A stretch of DNA of 64,000 bases from contig CM074812.1 of assembly GCA_037447605.1 (NCBI GenBank), positions 1,984,001 through 2,048,000 of the forward strand, given 5' to 3'. This DNA comes from Zygnema circumcarinatum SAG 698-1b (lineage: Eukaryota > Plantae > Zygnematophyceae). Of the stretch, positions 11,354 to 23,997 are shown piece by piece; positions within the stretch are counted from its first letter, which is position 1, and each line of letters starts with the position of its first letter. Made by a program: the position numbers and the translations under genes. Below the pieces are notes generated by a model that saw nothing but the letters and a program-made list of their open reading frames with translations, ran no database searches and was not told where the DNA came from.

Positions 11354-14300
11354 GCATTCACATGAGGTGAGAGGGAGGGTTTGGTGGGGGAAGGGGTGAC
11401 AGGGGAACGGGAGGGAGGAAGAAGGGAGGGGGAGGGGAGGGGGAGGGGAGGGGGAGAGGGAGGGAGGGAGAAAGGCGGGGGGGGGAAGGGGAGGGGGAGG
11501 GAAGGAGGAAAGAAGAGGGAGAGGAGGGGAGGGGGAGGGAGAGTGAAGTCGAGGGGGAGGAGGAGAGGGACATGGGCAATGGGAAGCGAAGTACGAGAGA
11601 TAGAAATGGGAAATGGAGAGGGAGGGAAAAGGAGATTAAATAAAAGCGAGAGGGAGAAGCAGGGGAGGGGAGGGAGAGCTAAAACCGGAGAGGGAAAGCA
11701 AGAATGCGATAGACTTAAAGAGGAAGAACAAAAAGGGAGCGGGAGAGCGAGTGAGAGAGAGAGCGAGTGAGAGAGAGAGCGAGAGAGAGAGAGCGAGTGA
11801 GAGAGAGAGAGAGAGAGAGACTCACTGAAGGGTATGGCTTAATGAGAGAAGTCAGAGCCAGCAGCACAAACGACAAAAATAGTGGGCGGCGGTGCAGGCG
11901 GAGAGTGAGGGGGAACAGCATGGAAGCAACGGCGGCGTTAAATACGAATAAAAAAAATGGGCGGAAAAAATCGAAAACTTCTGTAAAGAAGTACCTGAAA
12001 GGGGCGCCACGTGGCAGTGAAGGAGATAAATGATACGAAATATGTTTATTTTTCTGCAAATGAAATAAAGAAGCAAGAAAGCCCCTTCAAACAGGAAAAG
12101 AAACGTGAAAAGGAGGGGGGGTGAGAAAAAAGGAAATTTACCAACAGATCCCCAAATTTGGAGTTTGATCTTCAATTTTGAGGACGAAGCCGTACATTCT
12201 GCCCGAAGAAGAAGACAAAGAAAGAAAGCAAAAAATGATATAACATAAAAAGACGATGAAAATAAGACAAAATGAAAATGTTTCTTCCTAATTCTTCACT
12301 GAATAGACATGGAGGTTTTAAAGCAGGGGATGTAGACCCTTTGAAATCTAAGTTTAGAGGAAAAAATAGGGTTTAGAAACCACGATGCTTTGAGAATTTT
12401 GGCATTGTGATGCTTTCAGACGCTTTAGGCATATCTATAGTTAAGGATTCCATAGCTCCTAGACTTTGCAGATTTCTATACTATGCTAGAAATTAGGGTT
12501 TCTAGACCCCTTTCGAGGAGCTGCTAAAATTTTCCAACGCTTTCACTTTTATGAAGAATTTGAAACGAAGCATACTCGCGATACATGTGACGGAGTCCTC
12601 CGTGATTCCGTAAAGCCATCCAACATAGGACTGTTACAACACCCCCCCAGATAATTCCCCATACTACAAACTCCATAGCTCTCCTCCGCTCTCTCACTCT
12701 ACCGCCTCCTTTCCCTTCTCTCTCACCCCCTCCTCCCTCGTCTCCTTCGTCTCTCTCTCTTCTCTCTCCGCTCTTATCCCTCACTTCGCTACCCACTGTC
12801 TCTACTCTCTCCGCCCCTCCTCTCTCTTCTCTCTCTCCTCTCCATACTTTCGCATCCCTCACTTCTCTCTCAACTCGCTTCTCTCCATTTGCCCCTTCTC
12901 TCGCTCGTCTCTCTCCAATCCCTCTCTGTTCTCCCTCTCCTTCCTCTCCCATTGCATTTGCCGCATCTCGACACTCCCCCTTTAGCAATTCAATTTTTTT
13001 GCAATTTTTCAAGGTGAATTCTTTCTTTCGAGGAGGAGGACGGTCCGGGCCGTGCACAAAAAGAAGAAAGATCTGCAGAACAAAAAAAAACGACCAAAAA
13101 AAACCAAAAGGAGAGGAGAGAGGGCAGAAGGGAAAAGTGGATTCAACCAAAAACTGGACTCAATTTTTTTTTTACATTTTTAGACTGNNNNNNNNNNAGG
13201 GGGAACAGCATGGAAGCAACGGCGGCGTTAAATACGAATAAAAAAAATGGGCGGAAAAAATCGAAAACTTCTGTAAAGAAGTACCTGAAAGGGGCGCCAC
13301 GTGGCAGTGAAGGAGATAAATGATACGAAATATGTTTATTTTTCTGCAAATGAAATAAAGAAGCAAGAAAGCCCCTTCAAACAGGAAAAGAAACGTGAAA
13401 AGGAGGGGGGGTGAGAAAAAAGGAAATTTACCAACAGATCCCCAAATTTGGAGTTTGATCTTCAATTTTGAGGACGAAGCCGTACATTCTGCCCGAAGAA
13501 GAAGACAAAGAAAGAAAGCAAAAAATGATATAACATAAAAAGACGATGAAAATAAGACAAAATGAAAATGTTTCTTCCTAATTCTTCACTGAATAGACAT
13601 GGAGGTTTTAAAGCAGGGGATGTAGACCCTTTGAAATCTAAGTTTAGAGGAAAAAATAGGGTTTAGAAACCACGATGCTTTGAGAATTTTGGCATTGTGA
13701 TGCTTTCAGACGCTTTAGGCATATCTATAGTTAAGGATTCCATAGCTCCTAGACTTTGCAGATTTCTATACTATGCTAGAAATTAGGGTTTCTAGACCCC
13801 TTTCGAGGAGCTGCTAAAATTTTCCAACGCTTTCACTTTTATGAAGAATTTGAAACGAAGCATACTCGCGATACATGTGACGGAGTCCTCCGTGATTCCG
13901 TAAAGCCATCCAACATAGGACTGTTACAACACCCCCCCAGATAATTCCCCATACTACAAACTCCATAGCTCTCCTCCGCTCTCTCACTCTACCGCCTCCT
14001 TTCCCTTCTCTCTCACCCCCTCCTCCCTCGTCTCCTTCGTCTCTCTCTCTTCTCTCTCCGCTCTTATCCCTCACTTCGCTACCCACTGTCTCTACTCTCT
14101 CCGCCCCTCCTCTCTCTTCTCTCTCTCCTCTCCATACTTTCGCATCCCTCACTTCTCTCTCAACTCGCTTCTCTCCATTTGCCCCTTCTCTCGCTCGTCT
14201 CTCTCCAATCCCTCTCTGTTCTCCCTCTCCTTCCTCTCCCATTGCATTTGCCGCATCTCGACACTCCCCCTTTAGCAATTCAATTTTTTTGCAATTTTTC

Positions 14301-16546
14301 AAGGTGAATTCTTTCTTTCGAGGAGGAGGACGGTCCGGGCCGTGCACAAAAAGAAGAAAGATCTGCAGAACAAAAAAAAACGACCAAAAAAAACCAAAAG
14401 GAGAGGAGAGAGGGCAGAAGGGAAAAGTGGATTCAACCAAAAACTGGACTCAATTTTTTTTTTACATTTTTAGACTGGGGGGGGGGGGNNNNNNNNNNCC
14501 CCCCCCCCCCCCCCCCACACCACCCTTCCTCGCTTCACTTTCTCTCCCTTTTTCCTTTTTTTTCCTTTTCATTACTTACAGGAATGAAAAGGACGGCGGG
14601 ATACAGCCCCATATGCGTCGCTGCGGCCCATCCAAAGGCTGCCCTCGAGGCGTTCCCTGCGACAGTTCACCGTTCAAATCCGTTGAACGGAAACGCAGTA
14701 TTTTTTAAAGGTAAGTAAAGCCAAACAAAACTGAGTCCAACAAACTGAAAAAAAATCCCTCTAGTAATCATTATAAGCGTTTGTTTCTTAAATAAAAAAG
14801 AAAATAACAAAGATTTACCTGCCAGGGCCGCATGCAGGGCACTCGCAACAGCCAAATTCTCGAATGCTGACGTCACTCCTCCCACACTCGCAGCAATGCT
14901 GAGAGGGTTCAGCAAATACAGTACAGCCGCCCAGTTTCCAAGAAACTTCCCAAAAATTGCACTGGGCTTGCCGGCCCTGTAGTTCCACCCTGAACCCTCT
15001 CCCTCTCCCTCTCTCTCTCCCTCGCCCTCTCCCACTTCTGCGCTTCTTCTGCTCTGCAGAAGGCAGCCAATTTTTCGAAGAAGAAGAGCGCAGAGAAAGT
15101 CGGAGAAGATGAAGGGAACGGAACTGACAAGTTCACACGTGTGGAAAAAGTTCGTGGGCGGAGAGAGATGGTGTTGGAAGAGAGAGAGGGGGTGGGAGTG
15201 GGGGACAAGAGAGGGAGGGGGGAAAGTGAGTGAGGAAGACAGATAGAGGAGAGGGAGAGAGAGTGAGGGAGAGGAGGGCGGGAGAGAAAGGAGAGAGCGA
15301 AAAAGAAGGGGGAAGGGGAAGAGAAAGAGAGACAAAGGAGAGAGAGAGCGAGGAGAGGGAGAGAGTGGGAGAACGTGGGAGAGAAAGAGATCATCATACC
15401 TTTCACAAAAGGGGCCAAGAAGAGTGATGAGAAGTGGGGAGCCGTGATAAGCCGACCCTGAAACCTCGCATATCCTCCAAACCCATTGTATGAAAACGTT
15501 GAATTCAAAGAAAAACCATTCGATTTGATTAAAAAAAAAGAAGAAAATCGGGCAAAGGAAAGTTGGGAAATTTCACTTTCAGGGTTTGGGTCTACGGTGT
15601 AAGCTTTAAGAATATGGTTTAGGGCTTAGCATTTGACTAAATGGAGTTAGGATTCAGGGTGGACGAATTGAGGGTTAAGATAGACTTAAAGATTTAGAGG
15701 TGAAACTAAGGCGTCAGGTTTGAGTTTAAGGGCATAGGGTTTAAGTTCAAGGGTCAGGTTTAGGGTTTAGAATGAAGGCTTAGGAATTAGGATGTACGGT
15801 TCAAGGTTAAGGCTACTTAGGTTAATTTTGTAGAGTTTTGGGCTTAGTTTTTCGGTTTTTTACGATGTAAAGTTCAAGATTTGGGGCTAAGGTTTCAAGT
15901 TTTTGGGTTTGGGTTCAGAATTTTAGGTTACAAGTTCAAGGGTTGGGATTCAGGGTTCACGGTTAAGGGTTCAAGTGTTACGGATCAGGGTTGAGGGTCT
16001 AAGGGATTAAGAGTTAGGGTTTAACGTTTAGGGTGTAAGGGATTAAGAGTTAGGGTTTAACGTTTAGGGTTTGAGGGATTAAAAGTTAGGGTTTAACGGT
16101 TAGGGTTTGAGGGATAAAGTGTTAGGGTTTTAAAATTTAGGGTTTGAGGGATTAAGAGTTAGGATTTAACGTTGAGGGTTTAAGGGTTTAAGTTAGGGTT
16201 TAGCGTTTAGGGTTTAAGGTTGAGGTTCGCGCCCCAACCTGCGTAGGGCGACAGACCGCGCTCTGCCAGCCACCGGCCCTCCGCCACTGCCAACCGCCAA
16301 CCGCCAACCGCCCACCGCCAACGGGCCGAACTGTAATAAAACTACTATAAACCAAACCATGTAAACCGCAAATCTGAACCCCAGGACGAAAGAAGCGTAG
16401 GCAGGCTTGAAAGGCGAAGGCACACATCTCAGGTTGCCGTTGACGGGAGTCGAAATCTCGACCCGCCTTTTGAACGAATGCGATGCTCCCACAAGCACCA
16501 ACGCGACCCTGACGAGGAGGGCGAAGATGGCGAGGGGCCAGAACAT
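10093..16546 (-). CDS. PIGU: GPI transamidase subunit PIG-U (CDC91/GAB1), multi-exon
   Basis: Exons MFWPLAIFALLVRVALVLVGASHSFKRRVEISTPV (from 16546); AEGRWLAERGLSPYAG; GSAYHGSPLLITLLGP; AAVLYLLNPLSIAASVGGVTSAFENLAV; AAFGWAAATHMGLYPAVLFIP; LFVHGPDRPP..LRNHGGLRHMY; YGFVLKIEDQTPNLGICW; YFFTEVFDFFRPFF..LRLHRRPLFL..IKPYPS; LADSAFYL; PVMYDLWIWR; GTGNANFYFAVGLVYACVQ; ILLVVESVRAVLKFDR..* (stop 10093-10095). Start codon somewhat uncertain. Confidence 0.95.
11908..14477. repeat. 1280-bp direct duplication (11908-13187 and 13198-14477) separated only by a 10-N gap; probable assembly artefact
   Basis: Offset 1290; ORFs 12524..13150 and 13814..14440 are identical; copy 2 starts in the middle of a PIG-U exon; both copies end beside N gaps. 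Confidence 0.85.
15580..16220 (+). repeat. Degenerate telomere-like (TTTAGGG-type) tract in a PIG-U intron, ending in ~31-bp higher-order units
   Basis: Many TTTAGGG/TTAGGG/TTCAGGG/TTTAAGG variants; unit AGGGATTAAGAGTTAGGGTTTAACGTTTAGGG repeated about 5 times at 16010-16210. Confidence 0.85.
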
Positions 16547-17657
16547 GGCGCGCGCCTCACCATGCATGCATACATGCATCCATGCATCCATGCATGCATG
16601 CATCTGCCGCGCGTGCAGGCGAGAGGATCACTAAGCGAAGAGGATGAATGTGTTTGTATGTTCCGACGACTCTGTTCTCCCTCGCTCGCCCGTAGGCATG
16701 CTCATGCAACCGATGCGTGCATGCATGCATGCGCAGTGATGATGGATGCTGCCATGACTCGACGTGGGCGCCACGTGGCAGCGGGTCCGTCCGTCGCATA
16801 GAGCCGCAGTCCTGTTCCGCAGTACGACACAGCCAGAGTGGGAGGGACCGACCGAGGGGACCAAGAATTGTACGGACGGACGGACGGACGGACGGACCCG
16901 CCCTATGGTACCGTATCCTTCTACGGATCTCCGTTCTTGGAACGGCTCGGGACGACACGGAACGGCGCGGAACGGAACGGCACGGAAGGTCAAAACATTT
17001 ATGGATGTATTTATTTGCAGGGCGGGGCCGCAACCTGAGATACGGACCTCACCTGCTCTCTGCGCAGATAAGTTGGCGCTTGCGCGCGGGCGGGTAGGAC
17101 TGTTAGGAGCAGGGAGAAGGCGGAGAGGGAGGCAGGCAGAGAGAGAGAGAGGGGGGAACAGTGAGGGAGAGGGGAGGGAGAGGGAGAGGGAGAGGGAGAA
17201 AGAGAAACAGTGGGTGGCGGATAAAGCAGCGAGGGAGCAGACGAGAGAGAGAGAGAGAGAAGAGGCACATCCAGGGACGGATCTTGGATTTATTTAAAGG
17301 GAAAGAGTTAACCAACATTATTAGCATTTGTATGTGAAAGAGAGGCAGTGAGAGAGAGGACAGAAGAGAAGCTGAGCAGGACAGGACAGAAGCAGCAGCT
17401 GGAGCATCAACAGGATCCGGCAAACCCAAAATCCACCAACCGCGCGTCAATCTCCCATCTTTGATCAGATCCGTCCTCTCACTCCCACTCCTACTCCCCC
17501 TTTCCCTCTCCCACTCCCCCTCCCCCTTCCACTTCCACTCCCTTTCCCACTCTCCTCTCTCATTCCACCTCTCACACGCCCCCCCCTCCCCTCTCTCCCC
17601 ACCCCTCCCTTTCCCCCCTTACTCCCAGCCTCTCTTCTTCCCGGCCCCCCTCCCGCC

Positions 17658-18713
17658 ATGGCCCGTCTGAGCCTCCAAGTGGGAGATGTCTCCGTCCTCC
17701 CCCTCGTGATCGGCTACACGCTGTGCTCGTCCCTCCTGGCGGTGGTGAACAAGGCGGCCATCGACGTTTTCCCCTTCCCGAACCTTCTGACGGCTCTGCA
17801 GTATCTCACCTGCGTAGTGGCAGTCTTTGCTCTCGGGAAAGGAGGAGTTTTGGACTACGATCCCATCGAATGGAGCAGCATTAAAGCCTTTTTTCCAGCG
17901 GCATTTTGCTTCTACTTATCGATATTCACAAACACGACTTTATTGAAGTACGCGAATTTGGATACTTTCATTGTGTTCCGATCATCCTGCCCTATTTTGG
18001 TGGCAATTGCAGATACAGTTTTTCGAGGGCAGCCGCTTCCGAGTGGATACACTTTCGCGTCTTTATTGACGATTCTTCTCGGAGCGATCGGATATGTGTT
18101 AACCGATTCCCAATTTTCTGTGAGAGCGTATTCTTGGGCCTTTGCTTACTTGGCTATAATGACATTTGATATGGTCTACATCAAGCACATTGTGTCTAAC
18201 ATTAAGCTCTCAACATGGGGCCTTGTGATGTACAACAACTTCATAGCTCTCGGATTAGCGCCGGGCTTTTGGGCTGTTACTGGAGAATTCATGGATACGA
18301 ATGCAGCCGATCCCCGCGATTGGCTCGTCTTTTGGACCTGCTTTCCGGTCCTTCTCTCCTGCGCCTTTGGGCTCGCAATTTCCTTCTTCGGATTTTCCTG
18401 CCGACGCGCGATTTCTGCCACTTCTTTTACAGTTCTTGGAGTTGTGAATAAGCTCATCACGGTGGTAGTCAATGTGACGATTTGGGATAAGCACGCTTCG
18501 CCCTTCGGAATTTGCTGCTTGTTAGTCACTATTATCGGAGGAGTTTTGTATCAGCAGTCGGTGGTGGGAGCAAAGCCCCCCCCTAAAGCGGCACAGAATC
18601 AGCCTCAGCTTGATGAGGAGCAGCCTTCCAAGCTGAAGGACAAGGATAGCGATGTGGAGGGGAGCACTCCGAGACCCCTTGAGAAGAGGCCACTCTTGTC
18701 GCCAGCGTCCTAG
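17658..18713 (+). CDS. GFT1: Golgi GDP-sugar transporter, GFT1/GONST4-like, single coding exon, 351 aa
   Basis: Intact ORF: VIGYTLCSSLLAVVNK..LLTALQY..FYLSIFTNTTLLKYANLDTFIVFRS..IADTVFRGQPLPS..MVYIKH..YNN..AISATSFTVLGVVNKLITVVVNVTIWDKHASPFG..GGVLYQQS; GVVNK matches the GDP-binding motif of this clade. Confidence 0.93.
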   Translation: MARLSLQVGDVSVLPLVIGYTLCSSLLAVVNKAAIDVFPFPNLLTALQYLTCVVAVFALGKGGVLDYDPIEWSSIKAFFPAAFCFYLSIFTNTTLLKYANLDTFIVFRSSCPILVAIADTVFRGQPLPSGYTFASLLTILLGAIGYVLTDSQFSVRAYSWAFAYLAIMTFDMVYIKHIVSNIKLSTWGLVMYNNFIALGLAPGFWAVTGEFMDTNAADPRDWLVFWTCFPVLLSCAFGLAISFFGFSCRRAISATSFTVLGVVNKLITVVVNVTIWDKHASPFGICCLLVTIIGGVLYQQSVVGAKPPPKAAQNQPQLDEEQPSKLKDKDSDVEGSTPRPLEKRPLLSPAS

Positions 18714-20964
18714 GACAACATAAATTGACAGGGAGTGGGAGAGGGAGGGAGAGGGAGGGAGAGGGAGTGTGAGAAGTGGAGAGGGGGAAGGGAGGAGGAG
18801 GGGGAGAGGCCGGGAAGAGATAGAGAGAGAGGGGGAGAGTTGGGGATACGTGGAGAGGGGGGGCAGACATTGAGAGGGGGAGAGTTGGGGGGAGGGAGAA
18901 GGATGGAGCGAGAGTGAGGAAGATGCGGGAGGGAGAGAGTGAGGGGTGAGGAGCGTGAGGGTGTCACGAGAGGGGGGAAAAGGGAGAGAGTGAGGGGTGA
19001 GGAGCGTGAGGGTGTCACGAGAGGGGGGAAAAGGGAGAGAGAGAGAGGAGAGGAAGAGAGGAGGGGGAGGGAGAGACAGGGAGAGTTCATGAGAGGGGAC
19101 GAGAGGAATGGAGAGAGGGATGGGACAGGCAGAGATGGAGGATATTACGACAAGTTATTTCGGGCAGTTACGCAGAGTTAAGCAAGGAGAGACTTTTTAG
19201 CCGCTGCGTTTAGTGAACAACTTCTGTCGAATTCAGAAACAGAGCAGCGAGGAACCCCTAGCTATACTTTTTATGTTTTTCGCTTTCTTTCCCTTTTGCT
19301 TTACTCCCTTGTCTTTGTTTTTTCGCTCCTTCTAGAAGTGAAAGAACCTCGATGCTACGTGCTTGAGGGGTACGAGATAACGGAGTCGAGATATTTAATC
19401 TCTTTTTTCTTTTCCTGCACTTTTCTAGTCATGCAGTTCAAAAATGAAAACCATCTTATGTGACAGACAGAATGGTACCCATGGCAATGAAATCAGCATT
19501 GATTTGCGCAAATTCTGCATTCGTGCTTTACAGGTGAAAACAAGGACTAAGAATACCCCCGTCCCTCTACCTCCCCCTCCCATTCCACCTCTCGCATAAC
19601 CTGTCGTTTGCTCATTCCCGCACTCTGCCTCCCTGCCTCCCCCGCTCCCGCCCTTCACCATCCCACTCATCTGCCATGTCGAAAGCCCCCATCATGGCCC
19701 TTAGAAAACCCAATTTTCCCCCTTACCTGCCTCTGTTTCCCTCCCCCCCCCCTTTTTTTTTTTTTTCGCATGGCATATGTCGCCTTTTCGTTTTTGAGTT
19801 TGAGACTTGGAGATTCCTCTAATTAATTTGATATTCTTGTTATTTCAAGTGCTACAGCTAAACTTGAGCTAAACACAGTTAACTTCGGAGGACGTGTTTG
19901 TGCAGACTGAGGCAGATGGGTCATAAATCAAGTCCGATGACGTCATGAATTTTGAGCACTTAAAAGACAATAGAATTTGAACTTTTCCCTCAACTTGGCA
20001 CACCACTTTTTAAATTAAAAATCACCCGTGAAGCCAATGGCGAAAGTGGAAGATACGGAGAGGGAGAGAAAGTTGAGGAACAGGGGAGAGCGAGAGGGGG
20101 GGAGGAATGCGGGGTCGGGAGGGGTAAAGTGGGAGAGAGAGGTAGGTGGGAGAGGTGAGAGGCAATGTGGTAAAGTGGGAGTGAGGTAGAGGGGGGGAGA
20201 GGACAGGGAATAAACTAGTGTGACAGATGAGTAGGGAGAGGAGAGACAATGAGGGTATATGGGGAAGAGATAGTGAGAGGAGGCAAAAAGGGAAACGAAT
20301 TAGGAAGAAGACGGAGAGGGAGAAGTAGGGGTAGTCGGAAATTCTAAATCAATCGGGAATTGACGGCATAGCATCTATTTTGGTTAAAAGTTCAATCTGG
20401 AACCTACTGTATGCCTTTTCCATTGTTTGTCCTCCCAGCCAAAAAAAAAAAAAGCAACGTGGAGCAAATTCCACGTGGTTCATTAATTCACGGCAGGCTG
20501 GACTGACGGCATGGAACCGGATGGAAAGCGTAATTCAAAAATCCGTCAAAGGAAGACAACCGCACGTCTGTCAAATCGATATTCGTCATAGGCCTATATA
20601 AGAACTGGAAAAAAGGATCAAAGTAAGGATTCTTCACAAAGGAACACACGTTCAATAAAAAGGAAACCTTGTAAATCCCCAATTATGCTTCTTCAAACCT
20701 TGATCTATATCCAATGTTCCAAGTTTCCCCTCTTTACATTTTTATCACATCAGCTTTATCCCACAGCACTTCACCAACCCTAATCCCCGAAGGCCCCTAA
20801 ATCCCCACACCCTTCCATCAACCAAACTATTCTTGACTTCTATTGACTTGGCTCGACTCCATGTTCTTCCCTCTGCCTCTCTCTCTACTCTTGCCTCTCT
20901 ATCCACCTCAACTCAGCTCAATCGACATTAGCGCCCTCCATTTGACCCCCTCTTCTCACACGCT

Positions 20965-23761
20965 TCAGAAGCTCCTCCTCCCTCCCTCGCTTTCTCCCCC
21001 CTCTGCCCCTCTCTCCCTCTCCCTCTCCCTCTCTCCCTCTCCCCCCCCACCTCCCTCTCCCTCCCCCTCTACCTGGTAAGTGCGGAGAGAAAGAGGGGCC
21101 TGTCTGCTTGGCTGATGCCTTGAAATCGGCTGACTTAGCGCCTGCTCTCTCGCACTTGCTCTCTGTCTCTCCAGCTGCGACCTCTGCTCCGATCGGGAGG
21201 CTGGGGATTGGTGCCAAGCGAGAGAGACACTCACGCCTGGGAGTGGGTATGGGAGAGGCTGCTGGAGAGGATGGGAGGGAGGAGGGACACTCGCTTCCGG
21301 CGCAGAGAACCGCTGCTGCTCTCCCTCCTGCCGCTGCTGCTCCTGCGGCTCTGAAGAGAACCACTGGGCATCCAATGGCATCCGCCTTACATTGCTTCCC
21401 TGCATCATCTGATCGAGAGATCTCTCCATATCTCTGTGAAGCGGACTATTCCTCTGCTCCTGCCTTTGCTGCTGCTCATTACTTTGCCGACTTGCAGATC
21501 GGGGCCAAAGCCAAGAGAGCATACCCTGAGATGGGTTAGGCCTCCCTCCCACTCCGCCTCCCCCTCCTCCTCCTCCTGCCTCCCTACCCACTCCCGCTCC
21601 AAACCCACTATTGAAGAGCTGGGGCCCTGCTGATCCTCCTCCTCCACCACTTACAGATCCATCTGAGCTCTCACTCCCTCCCGCACTCATCGCGTTCCCT
21701 CCCATCGCCCACACACTGCTGTGTTCACTCGCTCCTCTCAATTGCGCATTTCCCGCTGCTCCTTCCCCTCCCGAATTCTCTCCCGGACTCTCCAATCGTG
21801 ACCCTCCCACTCCCACTCCCCCTCCCCCTCCTGCGCCTCCAAAGATCCCTGCCGTCCCAGTTCTCCCGCTCCTTCCTCCCTCCCTCTGCCTGTCCAGCCT
21901 TCTCCACACCGGCGCCCTCCCCGTCCCTCTCTCCCCCTCTCTCTCCCTCCCCTCCTCTCCCGCTCCCCCTGCTCTACGCGCCTCATATTCTGCATCATCT
22001 GTTACCATTTCGTACCTACATACTGGGCATGAGTTATGTTGCTCGAGCCAAGGGAGGATGCATTCAGGATGGTACATATGCATGCAGGCCATCTGTCTCA
22101 CTGTTGTACCGATTTCGAATTCATCTTTACATACGGCACATTGTGACGTATCGGACCGCGTATGCTCCACTGAGATGACGACATGCGGCATCGCCTCTAC
22201 AGCTGATTTGGACGCAGGAGGGGTTCCATATCTACAGCAGAACAAGAAACATTAGCAGAGTCAGTTCAACAAAACTGCAGATTTTAGGGTTTCTCACGTC
22301 CGGAAGGTTTGTACGTATGCTTCAGGATTTCTCGGGTTCCGGCTTTTTTAAGGGTTCCAGGATTTCCAGGATTTTGGAGAGTGAAGTATCAGTTTGACGG
22401 AAACTGAAGCAGCAAAGCATGGAAACCCATCACATGCAGGTCAACACTATTGCCTCTCCTACGCTTAACAGATCAAAGAACTTCATTGGTAAGTTTCATG
22501 ATCTGAGGATTGATAGTAAGTTTAGAGTTAGGGTTTACAACACACTTGTTTGGATCATTCTCTGCCAGCTGCTGGAGGAGCTGCTCAAAGCCCGGCCCCA
22601 AAAAGTAATCACTCAAATTTCCTTGAAGCCGGCGAGCCCCTTGACCATTCCCACTATCAACATAGACCTCCAAATGGCCGTTGAAGAGTTGCTGCAAAAC
22701 AAGTATGAAAATAAAGAAAGAAGACGTGAAAAGCATCAATAATTCAGAACCATAAGCACTTCTGGCAGCTTTGAGATGCTGAATTCGAAACTGCACAACC
22801 AAACGAGCAATTGGCTCAAACAGCTTCAATTCTAGGAGGATAAACGGCCCTGTCTTCCAAGACAATGCAGCAACCCCTTTCTCCGTTATCAGAAATGTAA
22901 ACCAGTTCTCCTCCATAACATCATCATCATCCTCACTGTTATCATCACCATACTCACCGAAAGTAATTCAACCACACAATCAACCACGCAGGAACGCACG
23001 CATGCATGAACGCATGCACCATCCATCCACACCCCATCCCATGCATCCATTTAAACCCTCCATACATACATACGTACATACGTACATACATACATACATA
23101 CATGCGTACACAGATACAGAAATATATACATAAGTATATACATAATACATACATGCCCGCATGCATGCATCCTCACCCGCATCTGCGCCTGCATCATGAG
23201 CATGGGGTTGGGAGGAGCTCCTTCTCCCCCTCCCCCACCCCCTCCCGCTCCCGCCTGCTGCACAGTCTGCAGCTGCGCCATAATCGCATGCATCGCCTCC
23301 AACAAGGCAGCCGGTCCTGTCCCTCCCGCTCCCCCTCCTGCTCCTGCTCCTGCTCCCACTCCCACTCCCTCTCCAATTAATCTGCCACCCGCTCCCCCTC
23401 CGGCTCCTCCCATTCCATAGCCTCTCGGCCTTCTTGCCATCCTTGCATCTCCCCCTGCAGCAACGAAAGGAGAGGGCGAGGGAGCGCCCTCTCTCTCCCT
23501 CTCTCTCTCCCTCTCCCTCTCCTGCTCCCTCTCTCCCCCTCCCCCAAACTGCAGCACGTTCATCCGTCCAAATGCAGCTCCGCCCTCATCAGTTATCTCC
23601 TCCACGAATCCGCCGTGACAGAAGGGACAGATGACGTCATCTCCTGCAGAAGGCCGTACAGTCTGATTGCACTGATGACACCAGAAAAGGCCTCCCTCTC
23701 CCGCTCTCTCTCCTCTCTCGCCTCGCTCTCCCACACCTGATGCTTCAGGAACTCCAGACAT
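20965..23761 (-). CDS. RING-H2 E3 ubiquitin ligase with N-terminal zinc ribbon (RING1/RNF126-RNF115-like); 3' end uncertain
   Basis: Exon 1 FWCHQCNQTV..VICPFCHGGFVEE; exon 2 QGNLSDYFLGPGFEQLLQQLAENDPN; exon 3 YGTPPASKSAVEAMP..CAVCKDEFEIG..MACMHMYHPECILPWLEQHNSCPVCR (C3H2C3), then a long low-complexity tail that may be spliced. Confidence 0.92.
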
Positions 23762-23898
23762 GGTGCCGTCAAATCCTGCTTCGCTGCAAACCCTAATTTA
23801 TTCCGCCCACAAAAGTATTTCCTAAAAAGGGCCAAACAATTGCAAGAAATTGGGAGCTGATAGAAGCGGATGGTGGAGGGACAAATCGAAGGGAGAGG

Positions 23899-23995
<97 letters not shown>
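23899..23995. repeat. Pure (GA)n microsatellite, ~95 bp, upstream of the RING start codon
   Basis: Read directly. Confidence 0.97.
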
Positions 23996-23997
<2 letters not shown>

